A DNA stretch of 63,156 nt, the filler included. It is 6 parts of 6 records of this genome, joined end to end, with 100 filler letters (N's around TTAATTAATTAA, not from the genome) between each part and the next. Parts side by side here need not be neighbours in the genome. Positions count along the whole stretch, not along the records: positions 29,049 to 35,994 come from SRR31147125_15286; positions 36,095 to 42,018 come from SRR31147125_15296; 4 more parts are not named here. The stretch is one strand, 5' to 3'. A program made the position numbers and the translations under genes. Of the stretch, positions 29,245 to 38,036 are shown one piece after another. The notes below the pieces were generated by a model. It made no database searches and was not told where the DNA came from. It saw only the letters and a program-made list of their open reading frames with translations. Position 1 is the stretch's first letter, and each line of letters opens with the position of its first letter.

Positions 29245-31308
29245 ATGACTGAAAAAGTCGATTCTTACGAAAAAGTTCCTATCAACCCAAGCGATGTTTG
29301 CTACCGAGCATTTGAATTGATGCAGGCAAAGCAGCTAGACGAGGCAGAGAAGCTCTTGAATAACAATCTTGTCAAAGTTGATGATCCTGTCGCTGTTGGC
29401 CTCTTTCATTCTTCCCTTGGTATACTCTTTAAATTAAAAGGTGAGATGAAGACAGCTTGGAAGCACTACCAAAGGGCTGAAAAACTTATCCCAGAAGATC
29501 CCGCTCTCAAAATAATTATAGCAAGATTGCTTCTGGAACAATTTGCAGAGTACGATTCAGCAATAAAGAAGGCAAAGAAGGTCTTGAAAGTCATTCCAGA
29601 TAATCCCGTCTTTGCTCATCAAGCCTACGTAACAATGGGGCTTGCTTATATTGGAAAAATTCAAAAACAGCGTGCAATACAGATGCTAAAATCTTCAATG
29701 ATTGAAGATTTCGCTGGCTTTGTTACAGCAAGAAATATAGATTTTAATTTGGTTGAAATGCTGCTTAGGAAAGGTTGGGGAGTTGATAAATGCAAACTCT
29801 TTCTCGAAAAGGCTCGTGATTTTGCAAAAATACAAAACGAGGCAGATTGGGTTGAACTAGTCGACAGAATGCTTGCGGCTTTTCCAGAGGAGAAGATACA
29901 AAATGAAGAAGAATCAGGAAAACTTCCGCTAATTGATACACACGCTCACTTAACGTGGCCGGACTATAAAGAAGACATCGACGATGTTTTGAAGAGGTCT
30001 TGGAGTTCAGGCCTGGAGGCTATTGTTGCAATAGGTTCCGGAGACGGTCTCGAAGGCAATAAGCGCGTTGTTGATTTTGCAAACAAACATAAAAACGTCT
30101 ACGCAGCAATCGGAATACATCCCCATGATGCCGAGAAGGTTTCGATAGAAGACGCACTTGCCACATTAAAAGGCTTGGCTGATAATGAGAAGGTCGTTGC
30201 AATTGGAGAAATTGGCCTCGACTATCACTACGATTTTGCAACACCAAAAGCGCAGATGAAGATGTTTTCGACTTTGCTAGATTTGAGTTCAGAATTGAAG
30301 TTGCCGATTTCCATTCACGACCGTGAAGCTCACAAAGATGTTCTTAATATGGTGAGAGAAAAAAAATATGAACACTTGGGTGGAATCTTTCACTGCTTTA
30401 GTGGTGATGTAAAGATGGCTCACGAAGTTGTTGATCTCGGTTTCTATATCTCAATTCCCGGAATAGTAACTTTCAAAAAAGCAAAAGAGTTAAGAAAAGT
30501 TGTAGAAGAAATACCAGTTGAAAGATTAGTGATTGAAACTGATGCTCCTTACCTTGCTCCAGAACCTTTCCGAGGAAAGCGCAATGAACCTTCATACACA
30601 ACCTTTATCGCCGAAGAGATTTCGAAGATAAAAAGCTTGTCGGTTAGCGATGTTGCTCGCATTACAACAATCAACGCACGTCGCGCATACAATCTTCCAG
30701 GGATGATTCCGGTTGGAAAGTTGGCTTATCCAATTCGTAATTCACTATATATCAATTTGACAAATCAATGTACGCTAACTTGTGTCTTTTGCCCGAAACG
30801 ACACGGAAGATATGAAGTCAAAGGACACAATCTTAAACTCAAGCAGGATCCAAATGTCGAAGATATCCTAAGAGCAATTGATGAATTCAATAATTATGAC
30901 GAAGTTGTTTTCTGTGGATTTGGCGAGCCAACCTTGAGACTCGAACAGATGAAGGTTATTGCAAAACATATGAAAGAAAAGGAAGTTCGCATCAGGTTGA
31001 ATACGGATGGCCTAGTAAACTTAGTCAGCCAAAGAGACGTCTTGCCAGAACTTGCCGGTTTGATTGATGCTGTAAGTGTAAGCATGAACGCCCCAGACCC
31101 AAGAACATACGCAAAACTCTGTCCTTCCGACTACGGAGAAAAAGCCTTCTACGCAATGCTTTCATTCCTAGGAAAAGCAAAAGAGTTCATTCCAGAAGTA
31201 ACAGCAAGCGTAGTCTCCGCACCAGGAGTAGACGTAGACGCCTGCAAAAAACTAGCAAAAGAACTAGGCGTCCAACTAAGAGTAAGAAAATACCAAGAAC
31301 TAGGATAG
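29245..31308 (+). CDS. TPR region + TatD nuclease + TatD-linked radical SAM domain; the TPR part may be a separate gene
   Basis: TPR-like helices in aa 1-215; TatD motifs DTHAH, GIHPH, IGEIGLDY, HDRE, HCF, ETDAPY; CTLTCVFC (CxxxCxxC) and FCGFGEP. Confidence 0.88.
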   Translation: MTEKVDSYEKVPINPSDVCYRAFELMQAKQLDEAEKLLNNNLVKVDDPVAVGLFHSSLGILFKLKGEMKTAWKHYQRAEKLIPEDPALKIIIARLLLEQFAEYDSAIKKAKKVLKVIPDNPVFAHQAYVTMGLAYIGKIQKQRAIQMLKSSMIEDFAGFVTARNIDFNLVEMLLRKGWGVDKCKLFLEKARDFAKIQNEADWVELVDRMLAAFPEEKIQNEEESGKLPLIDTHAHLTWPDYKEDIDDVLKRSWSSGLEAIVAIGSGDGLEGNKRVVDFANKHKNVYAAIGIHPHDAEKVSIEDALATLKGLADNEKVVAIGEIGLDYHYDFATPKAQMKMFSTLLDLSSELKLPISIHDREAHKDVLNMVREKKYEHLGGIFHCFSGDVKMAHEVVDLGFYISIPGIVTFKKAKELRKVVEEIPVERLVIETDAPYLAPEPFRGKRNEPSYTTFIAEEISKIKSLSVSDVARITTINARRAYNLPGMIPVGKLAYPIRNSLYINLTNQCTLTCVFCPKRHGRYEVKGHNLKLKQDPNVEDILRAIDEFNNYDEVVFCGFGEPTLRLEQMKVIAKHMKEKEVRIRLNTDGLVNLVSQRDVLPELAGLIDAVSVSMNAPDPRTYAKLCPSDYGEKAFYAMLSFLGKAKEFIPEVTASVVSAPGVDVDACKKLAKELGVQLRVRKYQELG

Positions 31309-31330
31309 ATCATCTAAATAGTCTTCATAG

Positions 31331-31568
31331 TCTTCGAGAGAGCGAAGCGAGTCGAGAAGAAAAAACTTCTGAAAAATATTATTAAAGGGGTTGCAAAAAA
31401 AGCAACCCCTTTTCAATTACAATTGCGAGGAGCCTGAAAGGCGACAATGCAATCAAAACAATTATAGTTGCAAGGAGCAAAGCGACAAAGCAACAAGTAC
31501 TATTCCCTCCCCCGCTGAACGGGGGAGGGCTAGGGTGGGGGATAGATAAGATGTTCGCAATGCGAACA
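31331..31568 (+). repeat. Cluster A of short palindromic REP-like elements
   Basis: Units at 31331-31360, 31384-31413, 31422-31454, 31467-31494, 31502-31541 and 31552-31568; four of the types recur at 35102-35343. Confidence 0.85.
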
Positions 31569-31653
31569 ACAAAACCCGTTCTCTTTAGGTACGTTATTCA
31601 GAATTTATTATTTTATATTTATCGTAAAGGGTTTAAATGCACATATAAGAGAT

Positions 31654-31737
31654 CTTAAAAATTTGTTATAGATATTTCCCGTACAGCGCCTTGTTAATTC
31701 GAAGCTGGTAGGGACATATCTATAACAAATTTTTAAG
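31654..31737. repeat. 27-bp inverted repeat (26/27 match) with a 30-nt spacer
   Basis: CTTAAAAATTTGTTATAGATATTTCCC at 31654-31680 versus GGGACATATCTATAACAAATTTTTAAG at 31711-31737. Confidence 0.9.
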
Positions 31738-32120
31738 TAAGTATTATATGCAAGCTGAGAAATTGAAGTCTGTAGATGAATATAAAAATAAGAAATTTTC
31801 AATTACCCTAAACCTCCACTTTAACTAATTTCCATACCAAAACCCCCAAAAACCTAAAAATCCCAATTTCTCCACAAAAATAATTTTATACGAATCCACG
31901 TTTTTCTAATAATTATAAGACCTTAAATCCTTATTGAGAACGATCCCAAAAGGTCATTTTTTTAGCAACAAAATTGCTCTAAGTGTCGAATAATATTAGT
32001 AAAGGGAATTACTTGACAGGGCAATTTTTCCTTGTCACAGCGCGTTAAAAGAGCTAAAGTTCGCGTGTCCAGTGGATATGGCGGAATGTCTCTGGGCGCC
32101 CCAAAAGTAGGGGGTGGGTT

Positions 32121-35084
32121 ATGGGCAGGATGAAAATCCTTTCGGTGGTACTGGCGGTCATGGTGACTGTCACAATTTTTGGTTGCGGTGGGTCATCGTC
32201 TTCAAAAGATTCATCGCCAAATTTTAATGCCTCTCCAGATAATTACACTTCAAAGTATTCAACTACCTGGAAAAAATTTCTCAACTCGAATCACTACAGT
32301 GGCTACCTCGCTTTAAAATTCAAAACAGAAACCGAAATGCGTCTCCGCAATGACGTCATGTATAGTAGTTCTAATCCCGCACTAGCTGAAACCGTTAACG
32401 AACTTCTCTTAGCCCATGGAGCAGTTGTTGAACGTTCATTCAAAGTTGAAGAAGAAGTAATTACTCGCGCACTATCGAGAGCAAAGCGCGAAGGAAAGAA
32501 ACTCAACGATTGGAATCTCTTCTACAATATCAAAGTAAAAAGTCCAGGACATGCAGAAGATCTCTATCGTGAGATTGGTTCTCTCGAAGGGATCGAATGG
32601 ATTCACCCTATTCCAAAACCAGTTATTTCAAATGTTGGTGGCGTTTCGGATCTAGTTGCGGAACAAACCTACATTGAACCTCACGATCCATTGACGGGGG
32701 GAGGTTTGAATATTCAGGCTGCCTGGGATGTTGGTATTACGGGTCAGGGAGTTAAAATAGTTGATGAAGAAATGAATTGGGATTTCGATCACTTTGATCT
32801 TCCTATAGATGAGAGCGATGTAGATTCTTCCCCATATTTTGAATTTACAGAAGAGTACAATACAGATGAGTTTATAAATCATGGAACAGCAGTTGTAGGT
32901 CTTCTTGCAGCATTAGATAATGGTGAAGGTATTACAGGTATTGCTCACTCAAGTGAAATTAAACTCTGGAGAACCGATTCAGTTGTTTGGGAGTTAGCTG
33001 ATGAGGTTGCTGATTTGTTAATCGACTATGCAGAAGGTCAAGATGTTGATCCTTGGTTAAGACCTGGAGATATTATTTTGATGGAAGTAGCTGCTCCAGG
33101 GCCTAGTACTCCAGCTGCAACAGGTTGTAACATTAACGAAGTTGGCGATGAACCAACGTATTGTATTCCAGTTGAAGCTTATCCTCAAACCTTCATGATG
33201 TTAGAAGATGTAACTGAACTAGGAGTTATTGTTGTTCAAGGTGCTGCAAATGGTGGAATAGATTTAGCTAATCCAGCTGCTCAGATATCAAACTGTGGTG
33301 GTGAAGGCGGAAGTCTTCCATTTGACTGTGTTGATTTAGCCACTGATCATTCTGGAGCGATAATGGTTGCTGCTTCAAATGGTCAGGCCAACGATTTTAA
33401 ACCTTGGTGGAGTAATTGGGGTAACCGCATTGATGCTTATGCTTGGGGCTTAGGTGTTGCAACGACAGGCTATGGTGACCATCCAGATTCAAATGGTGAA
33501 AATGCAGAATACACCTCAAACTTTAATGGAACTTCTTCAGCAGCAGCACTTGTTGCAGGATCGCTTGCTTTAGTTCAAAGTTACACAAAAGATCATTACA
33601 AAAATATAGTTCCTCACAAGGAAGTCTATCTTGATGCTCCGCAAATGAGAGAGTTGATTGAGTTGACTGGTCATGCTTCTTCAAGCTCCGATCATATTGG
33701 TAAAAAGCCAGATGTTGGTGCGATGATGGAGGCTATTGATAACTTCGAGGTTATTCCACATATAGCACCTGCAACAGAGACTTTGCTAAGAGATCAGAGA
33801 CCAATTAACAGAATTATGTATGATCTCGATAAGGATTCCAGAGCCGATCTAATTACATGGAGTGGTGGCACATGGAAAATCGATCTTTCAACTATTGCAC
33901 CAGATATCGATAATCCAAATCCAGATAACTATGGATCATGGGATAGAGAGATATATTTTGAAGGTTGTCCTACAGGTGATTGCATAATCTATCCAGTTGT
34001 TCATGATTATGACACAGACGGTGACGCAGATCTTGCCCTCTACGATTCAAAGAATGGAATTTGGTATATCAAGTTCACAACAGATGAAGTTTTAAACGCT
34101 GGTATCGGTGAAACATTAACATGGGATCTTGAGATCGACTACAGTTTAAGTCCAGAGTGGGAACCATACTCAAGACCAGCTCCTGGAGATTATAATAACG
34201 ACAACAATCTTGATATTGGAATTGTTACACCAAATGGACATTGGTTGATGGATTTTGGTGGAATCGGTTCCTTTGAACTAGTCGGTGGTAATATGCACTG
34301 GGTCTCTGAGTTTGGAACAATCGAAAAAGATGTCAAGTTCCTAACAGATGCTCAACTAGCAGCAGCGCCAGGCTGGGCCTATATGCCGATATCTGTCAAG
34401 TTTAGTAATCATTCTCTTGATCTGGTCTATAAAGTGCCTGATGGTTTAGAAGGTGAAAATATTATTAAGCTTATTAAGTGGGCTCATTATTCTGAAGATG
34501 TTGAATATACAGATTTATGGATTGAAGAGCATACCCTCGTACGAGATATGCATAACTATGGATCAAACGAGAATATATTTGTTGGTTCATCAATTGACTA
34601 TAATGATTTGAATCTTAAGGATATCGCAGTTTATCAGAATCAAAATGATGTTCAGGTAATAGATGGTGCTTCAATGTACTATTATTATGGAGATGTTTCA
34701 CAACCTTCGTGGTCGTACCAAGATCCTTGTAAACCAATAGTTTCTGATTTTGATGGTGATAAGAAAGATGATTTTGCAATGATGTGTCCTGATGGCTGGC
34801 ATATAACTTATCATGATGTTGAGCTAGGTTATCCTTCAGTCTATACAGTCTCATCGGAAAGAACAGTTGATTTAGATGTTGGATCAATGTCTCTACCTCC
34901 AATGATATACCCAGGAGGAATCAGTTATCAAGAAATACAAAACATCTTAGAAGGCTACGACCTGGTAGAAGAATACCAAGACAAAGACCCATTCACACCA
35001 CTAACAGTAGACTGCATAAAACACTGGGCCCCACCAGCCCCATACTGCCTATCAAACTACGAAGGCCCAGAATACAATAATTAA
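32121..35084 (+). CDS. S8 (subtilisin-like) serine protease lipoprotein with C-terminal FG-GAP/VCBS-like repeats
   Basis: IFGC lipobox; triad motifs KIVDEE, NHGTAV, GTSSAAA; DLDKDSRADL, DYDTDGDADL, DYNNDNNLDI, DFDGDKKDDF repeats. Confidence 0.9.
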   Translation: MGRMKILSVVLAVMVTVTIFGCGGSSSSKDSSPNFNASPDNYTSKYSTTWKKFLNSNHYSGYLALKFKTETEMRLRNDVMYSSSNPALAETVNELLLAHGAVVERSFKVEEEVITRALSRAKREGKKLNDWNLFYNIKVKSPGHAEDLYREIGSLEGIEWIHPIPKPVISNVGGVSDLVAEQTYIEPHDPLTGGGLNIQAAWDVGITGQGVKIVDEEMNWDFDHFDLPIDESDVDSSPYFEFTEEYNTDEFINHGTAVVGLLAALDNGEGITGIAHSSEIKLWRTDSVVWELADEVADLLIDYAEGQDVDPWLRPGDIILMEVAAPGPSTPAATGCNINEVGDEPTYCIPVEAYPQTFMMLEDVTELGVIVVQGAANGGIDLANPAAQISNCGGEGGSLPFDCVDLATDHSGAIMVAASNGQANDFKPWWSNWGNRIDAYAWGLGVATTGYGDHPDSNGENAEYTSNFNGTSSAAALVAGSLALVQSYTKDHYKNIVPHKEVYLDAPQMRELIELTGHASSSSDHIGKKPDVGAMMEAIDNFEVIPHIAPATETLLRDQRPINRIMYDLDKDSRADLITWSGGTWKIDLSTIAPDIDNPNPDNYGSWDREIYFEGCPTGDCIIYPVVHDYDTDGDADLALYDSKNGIWYIKFTTDEVLNAGIGETLTWDLEIDYSLSPEWEPYSRPAPGDYNNDNNLDIGIVTPNGHWLMDFGGIGSFELVGGNMHWVSEFGTIEKDVKFLTDAQLAAAPGWAYMPISVKFSNHSLDLVYKVPDGLEGENIIKLIKWAHYSEDVEYTDLWIEEHTLVRDMHNYGSNENIFVGSSIDYNDLNLKDIAVYQNQNDVQVIDGASMYYYYGDVSQPSWSYQDPCKPIVSDFDGDKKDDFAMMCPDGWHITYHDVELGYPSVYTVSSERTVDLDVGSMSLPPMIYPGGISYQEIQNILEGYDLVEEYQDKDPFTPLTVDCIKHWAPPAPYCLSNYEGPEYNN

Positions 35085-35101
35085 TTATACCCCTCCATAT
35101 C

Positions 35102-35343
35102 ATTCCCTCCCCCTCGAGGGGGAGGGTAAGGGTGGGGGTGAAAATATAATTTCAAAAACAAAAGGGGTTGCTCAAAAGCAACCCCTTTTCTATTTATTCC
35201 CCTTAGAAAAAGAGGGGCTAGGGGAGATTTTATAATAAAACCCTCCGCCACATTTTTTTGTTTTGTCATTGCGAGGATCCTGTAAAGGCGACGCGGCAAT
35301 CCAGGTAATAATACTCTTCGAGTGAGCAGCGCGAGTCGAGAAG
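35102..35343 (+). repeat. Cluster B of short palindromic REP-like elements
   Basis: Units at 35102-35140, 35160-35189, 35199-35230, 35265-35304 and 35315-35343. Confidence 0.85.
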
Positions 35344-35351
35344 CATACATA

Positions 35352-35994
35352 TTATTTCTTCTTATTCAAAAGTTTTTTATCTTCAGGTTCGCTAAGATAG
35401 TTTTTGCTTGAAATTACAGGACGTTTAATTTCTTTCTCCAGATTCTTACGTGCATTGCCTGCTATAGTTCCGCCTCTTTTTGCATCGGATTTCAATTTAT
35501 GCTTACCTCTAGAATCTTCAACTTGAGTAATCTCCGTTGTTGCTCGTTCACCAAGCATTGAAAAGATAAGTTCAAGATCGTTCATATGGTCTCTAAGATT
35601 TTCTTTGTTGATATTTTAAAAATCTTTGTATTCTGATGGAGTCATTCCAAAAGTTGCTTTTGAAATTTCTGCTGTCAGGATTGCATAATCTCGTTCATTG
35701 TTAGAGCCTCTTTTCGACCATTCATCTGTCAGCTCTTCACGAATTGCAATTCCTCGCATTCGCTTCTCAATCCAGTTGTCTGAATACCCCTTTGCTTTAT
35801 ATAGAGCTCTTGTTCTTTTAGTGGCAAGCTCTGGATCTTCAATTTCCTTGACTCGTTCATAGCCAACACTTGCAAGCCACCTCTTAAAAGGTTCAGCCTT
35901 TGGAGAAGGGATTGATTGGATTATTCGGAAAATACCCTCAGTATTGGCACAGTTTATTTTTTGTTTTCCTCCTGATGTAGCTATTGAAAGGGGG
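35352..35994 (-). CDS. Bro-N domain (phage antirepressor-like) protein, 5' truncated, apparent frameshift near 35614-35617
   Basis: Manual translation gives FRIIQSIPSPKAEPFKRWLA.VGYERV.EIEDPEL and ELTDEW; one added base joins it to NLRDHMNDLELIFSMLGE. Confidence 0.85.
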
Positions 35995-36094
35995 NNNNNN
36001 NNNNNNNNNNNNNNNNNNNNNNNNNNNNNNNNNNNNNNTTAATTAATTAANNNNNNNNNNNNNNNNNNNNNNNNNNNNNNNNNNNNNNNNNNNN
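35995..36094. other. Artificial contig spacer
   Basis: N44-TTAATTAATTAA-N44. Confidence 0.99.
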
Positions 36095-36096
36095 GA

Positions 36097-36351
36097 GAAG
36101 ATAGAAGACCTAGAGAAGACAGAAATCCTAGATACAACAATAACAAACCTGAAGTTAAAACTGAAACTAAGGTTGAAGAAAAAAAACCTGTTGAAGTGAA
36201 AAAAGAAGAAAAAGTCGAAGTTGCTAAAGAAGCACCTCAAGTTGATTTATCAAGTTTAACAGTTGCTGAATTAAAAGCAATTGCAAAAGAACGCGAATTA
36301 ACAGGATACTCAGCCCTTAAAAAAGCAGAACTTATTGATTTACTAAAATAA
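36097..36351 (+). CDS. rpsB: 3' end of probable ribosomal protein S2, with a low-complexity linker and a Rho-N-like tail
   Basis: Open frame missing from the ORF track, ending DLSSLTVAELKAIAKERELTGYSALKKAELIDLLK*; rpsB identity rests on position upstream of tsf only. Confidence 0.65.
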   Translation, partial: EDRRPREDRNPRYNNNKPEVKTETKVEEKKPVEVKKEEKVEVAKEAPQVDLSSLTVAELKAIAKERELTGYSALKKAELIDLLK

Positions 36352-36354
36352 TGC

Positions 36355-36382
36355 ATAAGGGGATATATTCCCCTTATTTTTA
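36355..36382 (+). terminator. Hairpin terminator/attenuator upstream of tsf
   Basis: ATAAGGGGA-TATAT-TCCCCTTAT-TTTT. Confidence 0.65.
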
Positions 36383-36410
36383 TAAAAACGTTATAGGAGG
36401 ATAACTTAAA

Positions 36411-37283
36411 ATGGTTACTGTACAATTAATTAAAGAATTAAGAGAAAAAACTGGTGCAGGTATGCTTGATTGTAAAAAAGCATTAACTGAAACAGATGGA
36501 GATATCGCTGCAGCGATTGATTACCTAAGAGAAAAAGGTATTATGAAAGCAGCTAAGAAAGCAGACAGAGTTGCTGCTGAAGGTTTATGTAATATTGCGA
36601 TTGATGGTAATGAAGCAGTGATTTATGAATTAAATTCAGAAACTGACTTTGTTGCAAAAAACGAAAAATTCTTAGATTTATTAAATAAAGTCGGAGAAAT
36701 TATTGTTTCATCAAATGCAACAAACACAGAAGAAGCATTGGCGATTGAAGCTAATGGAGAAACTGTAGAAAAAATCTTAATTGATGCAACTGCAACAATT
36801 GGAGAAAAAATTTCATTACGTCGTGTATCAAGAGTTGTTAAAGAAAACAACCAAGGATTTGGTGCTTACTTACACATGGGTGGTCGTATTGCAGTGCTTG
36901 ATGTATTATCAAATAATGATAGTGATACAGCAAAAGATATCGCGATGCATGTTGCTGCTCAAAACCCTAAATACTTAGATCGTTCTCAAGTGGCAGAAGA
37001 CCTATTAGAACATGAAAAGAAAGTTTTAACACAACAAGCTTTACAAGAAGGCAAACCAGCACATATCGTTGAAAAAATGGTCATTGGTCGTATTAACAAG
37101 TTCTTAAAAGAAATTTGTTTAGTTGATCAACCATTTGTCAAAGATCCTGACCAAACAGTTAAACAATTTTTAAAATCTAAAAATGTAGAAGTTGTTTCAT
37201 TTATTAGATTAGCTGTTGGTGAAGGTATCGAGAAAAAAGAAGAAAATTTTGCTGAAGAAGTTGCAGCACAATTAAATAAATAA
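36411..37283 (+). CDS. tsf: Elongation factor Ts
   Basis: [35 protein letters not shown]. Confidence 0.97.
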   Translation: MVTVQLIKELREKTGAGMLDCKKALTETDGDIAAAIDYLREKGIMKAAKKADRVAAEGLCNIAIDGNEAVIYELNSETDFVAKNEKFLDLLNKVGEIIVSSNATNTEEALAIEANGETVEKILIDATATIGEKISLRRVSRVVKENNQGFGAYLHMGGRIAVLDVLSNNDSDTAKDIAMHVAAQNPKYLDRSQVAEDLLEHEKKVLTQQALQEGKPAHIVEKMVIGRINKFLKEICLVDQPFVKDPDQTVKQFLKSKNVEVVSFIRLAVGEGIEKKEENFAEEVAAQLNK

Positions 37284-37318
37284 TATAATAGATATAAAAC
37301 CAAAAGGAGTGGCAATAC

Positions 37319-38032
37319 ATGTATAAAAGAGTGATTCTAAAATTAAGTGGAGAAGCTTTGAAAGGCGATGGTACTTATGGTATTCATCCAATTACAGTAA
37401 AAAAAATTGCCACAGAAATTAAAGAAATACATGCACTTGGTGTTGAAGTTGGTATTGTTGTAGGGGCAGGCAACTTATGGCGAGGTAAAATTGGTGAAGA
37501 GTTAGGCATGGATCGTGCACAAGCAGACTATATGGGTATGTTAGGCACAATCATGAATGGTCTTGCACTACAAGATGCGCTTGAAGCTGTTGAAGTACCT
37601 ACAAGAGTCATGACAGTCTTACCTGTAAGTGCTGTTGCGGAACCATATATTAGAAGACGTGCGATACGACATTTTGAAAAAGGTAGAGTTGTGATTTTAT
37701 CTGGTGGAACAGGTTCCCCATTTTTCTCAACAGATACCGCAGCATCACTTCGCGCTGCAGAACTTAATGCAGAAGTGATATTGATGGCTAAAAATGGTGT
37801 TGAAGGTGTTTATGATAAAGACCCTAAAAAACATGATGATGCAAAAATGTATGATAAAATTTCACAAAATGAGTTATTAATGAAAAACTTACAAGTGATG
37901 GATCAAACAGCAGCTTCGATGTGTTTAGAAAATAAATTAAACATTATTGTCTTTAATATGAATCAGCATGGTAATATGAAAAAAGCAATTACCGAACAAC
38001 CGATTGGTACACTCGTCACATGGGAGGAGTAA
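37319..38032 (+). CDS. pyrH: UMP kinase
   Basis: [36 protein letters not shown]. Confidence 0.97.
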   Translation: MYKRVILKLSGEALKGDGTYGIHPITVKKIATEIKEIHALGVEVGIVVGAGNLWRGKIGEELGMDRAQADYMGMLGTIMNGLALQDALEAVEVPTRVMTVLPVSAVAEPYIRRRAIRHFEKGRVVILSGGTGSPFFSTDTAASLRAAELNAEVILMAKNGVEGVYDKDPKKHDDAKMYDKISQNELLMKNLQVMDQTAASMCLENKLNIIVFNMNQHGNMKKAITEQPIGTLVTWEE

Positions 38033-38036
38033 ATAA

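Noticed and set aside
31608-31802. 64-aa minus-strand ORF
   Set aside because: No RBS or recognisable motif; it overlaps the long inverted repeat and is probably spurious.
32030-32110. ACAGGGCAA...ATGGCGG upstream of the protease as a c-di-GMP-I riboswitch
   Set aside because: No GNRA-capped P2 stem or GCAAA/CTAA core found; an Infernal scan would settle it.
35081-35350. 89-aa minus-strand ORF
   Set aside because: It is a translation of the hairpin cluster (SPLAPL, HPHPYPPPRGGG are typical repeat read-outs).
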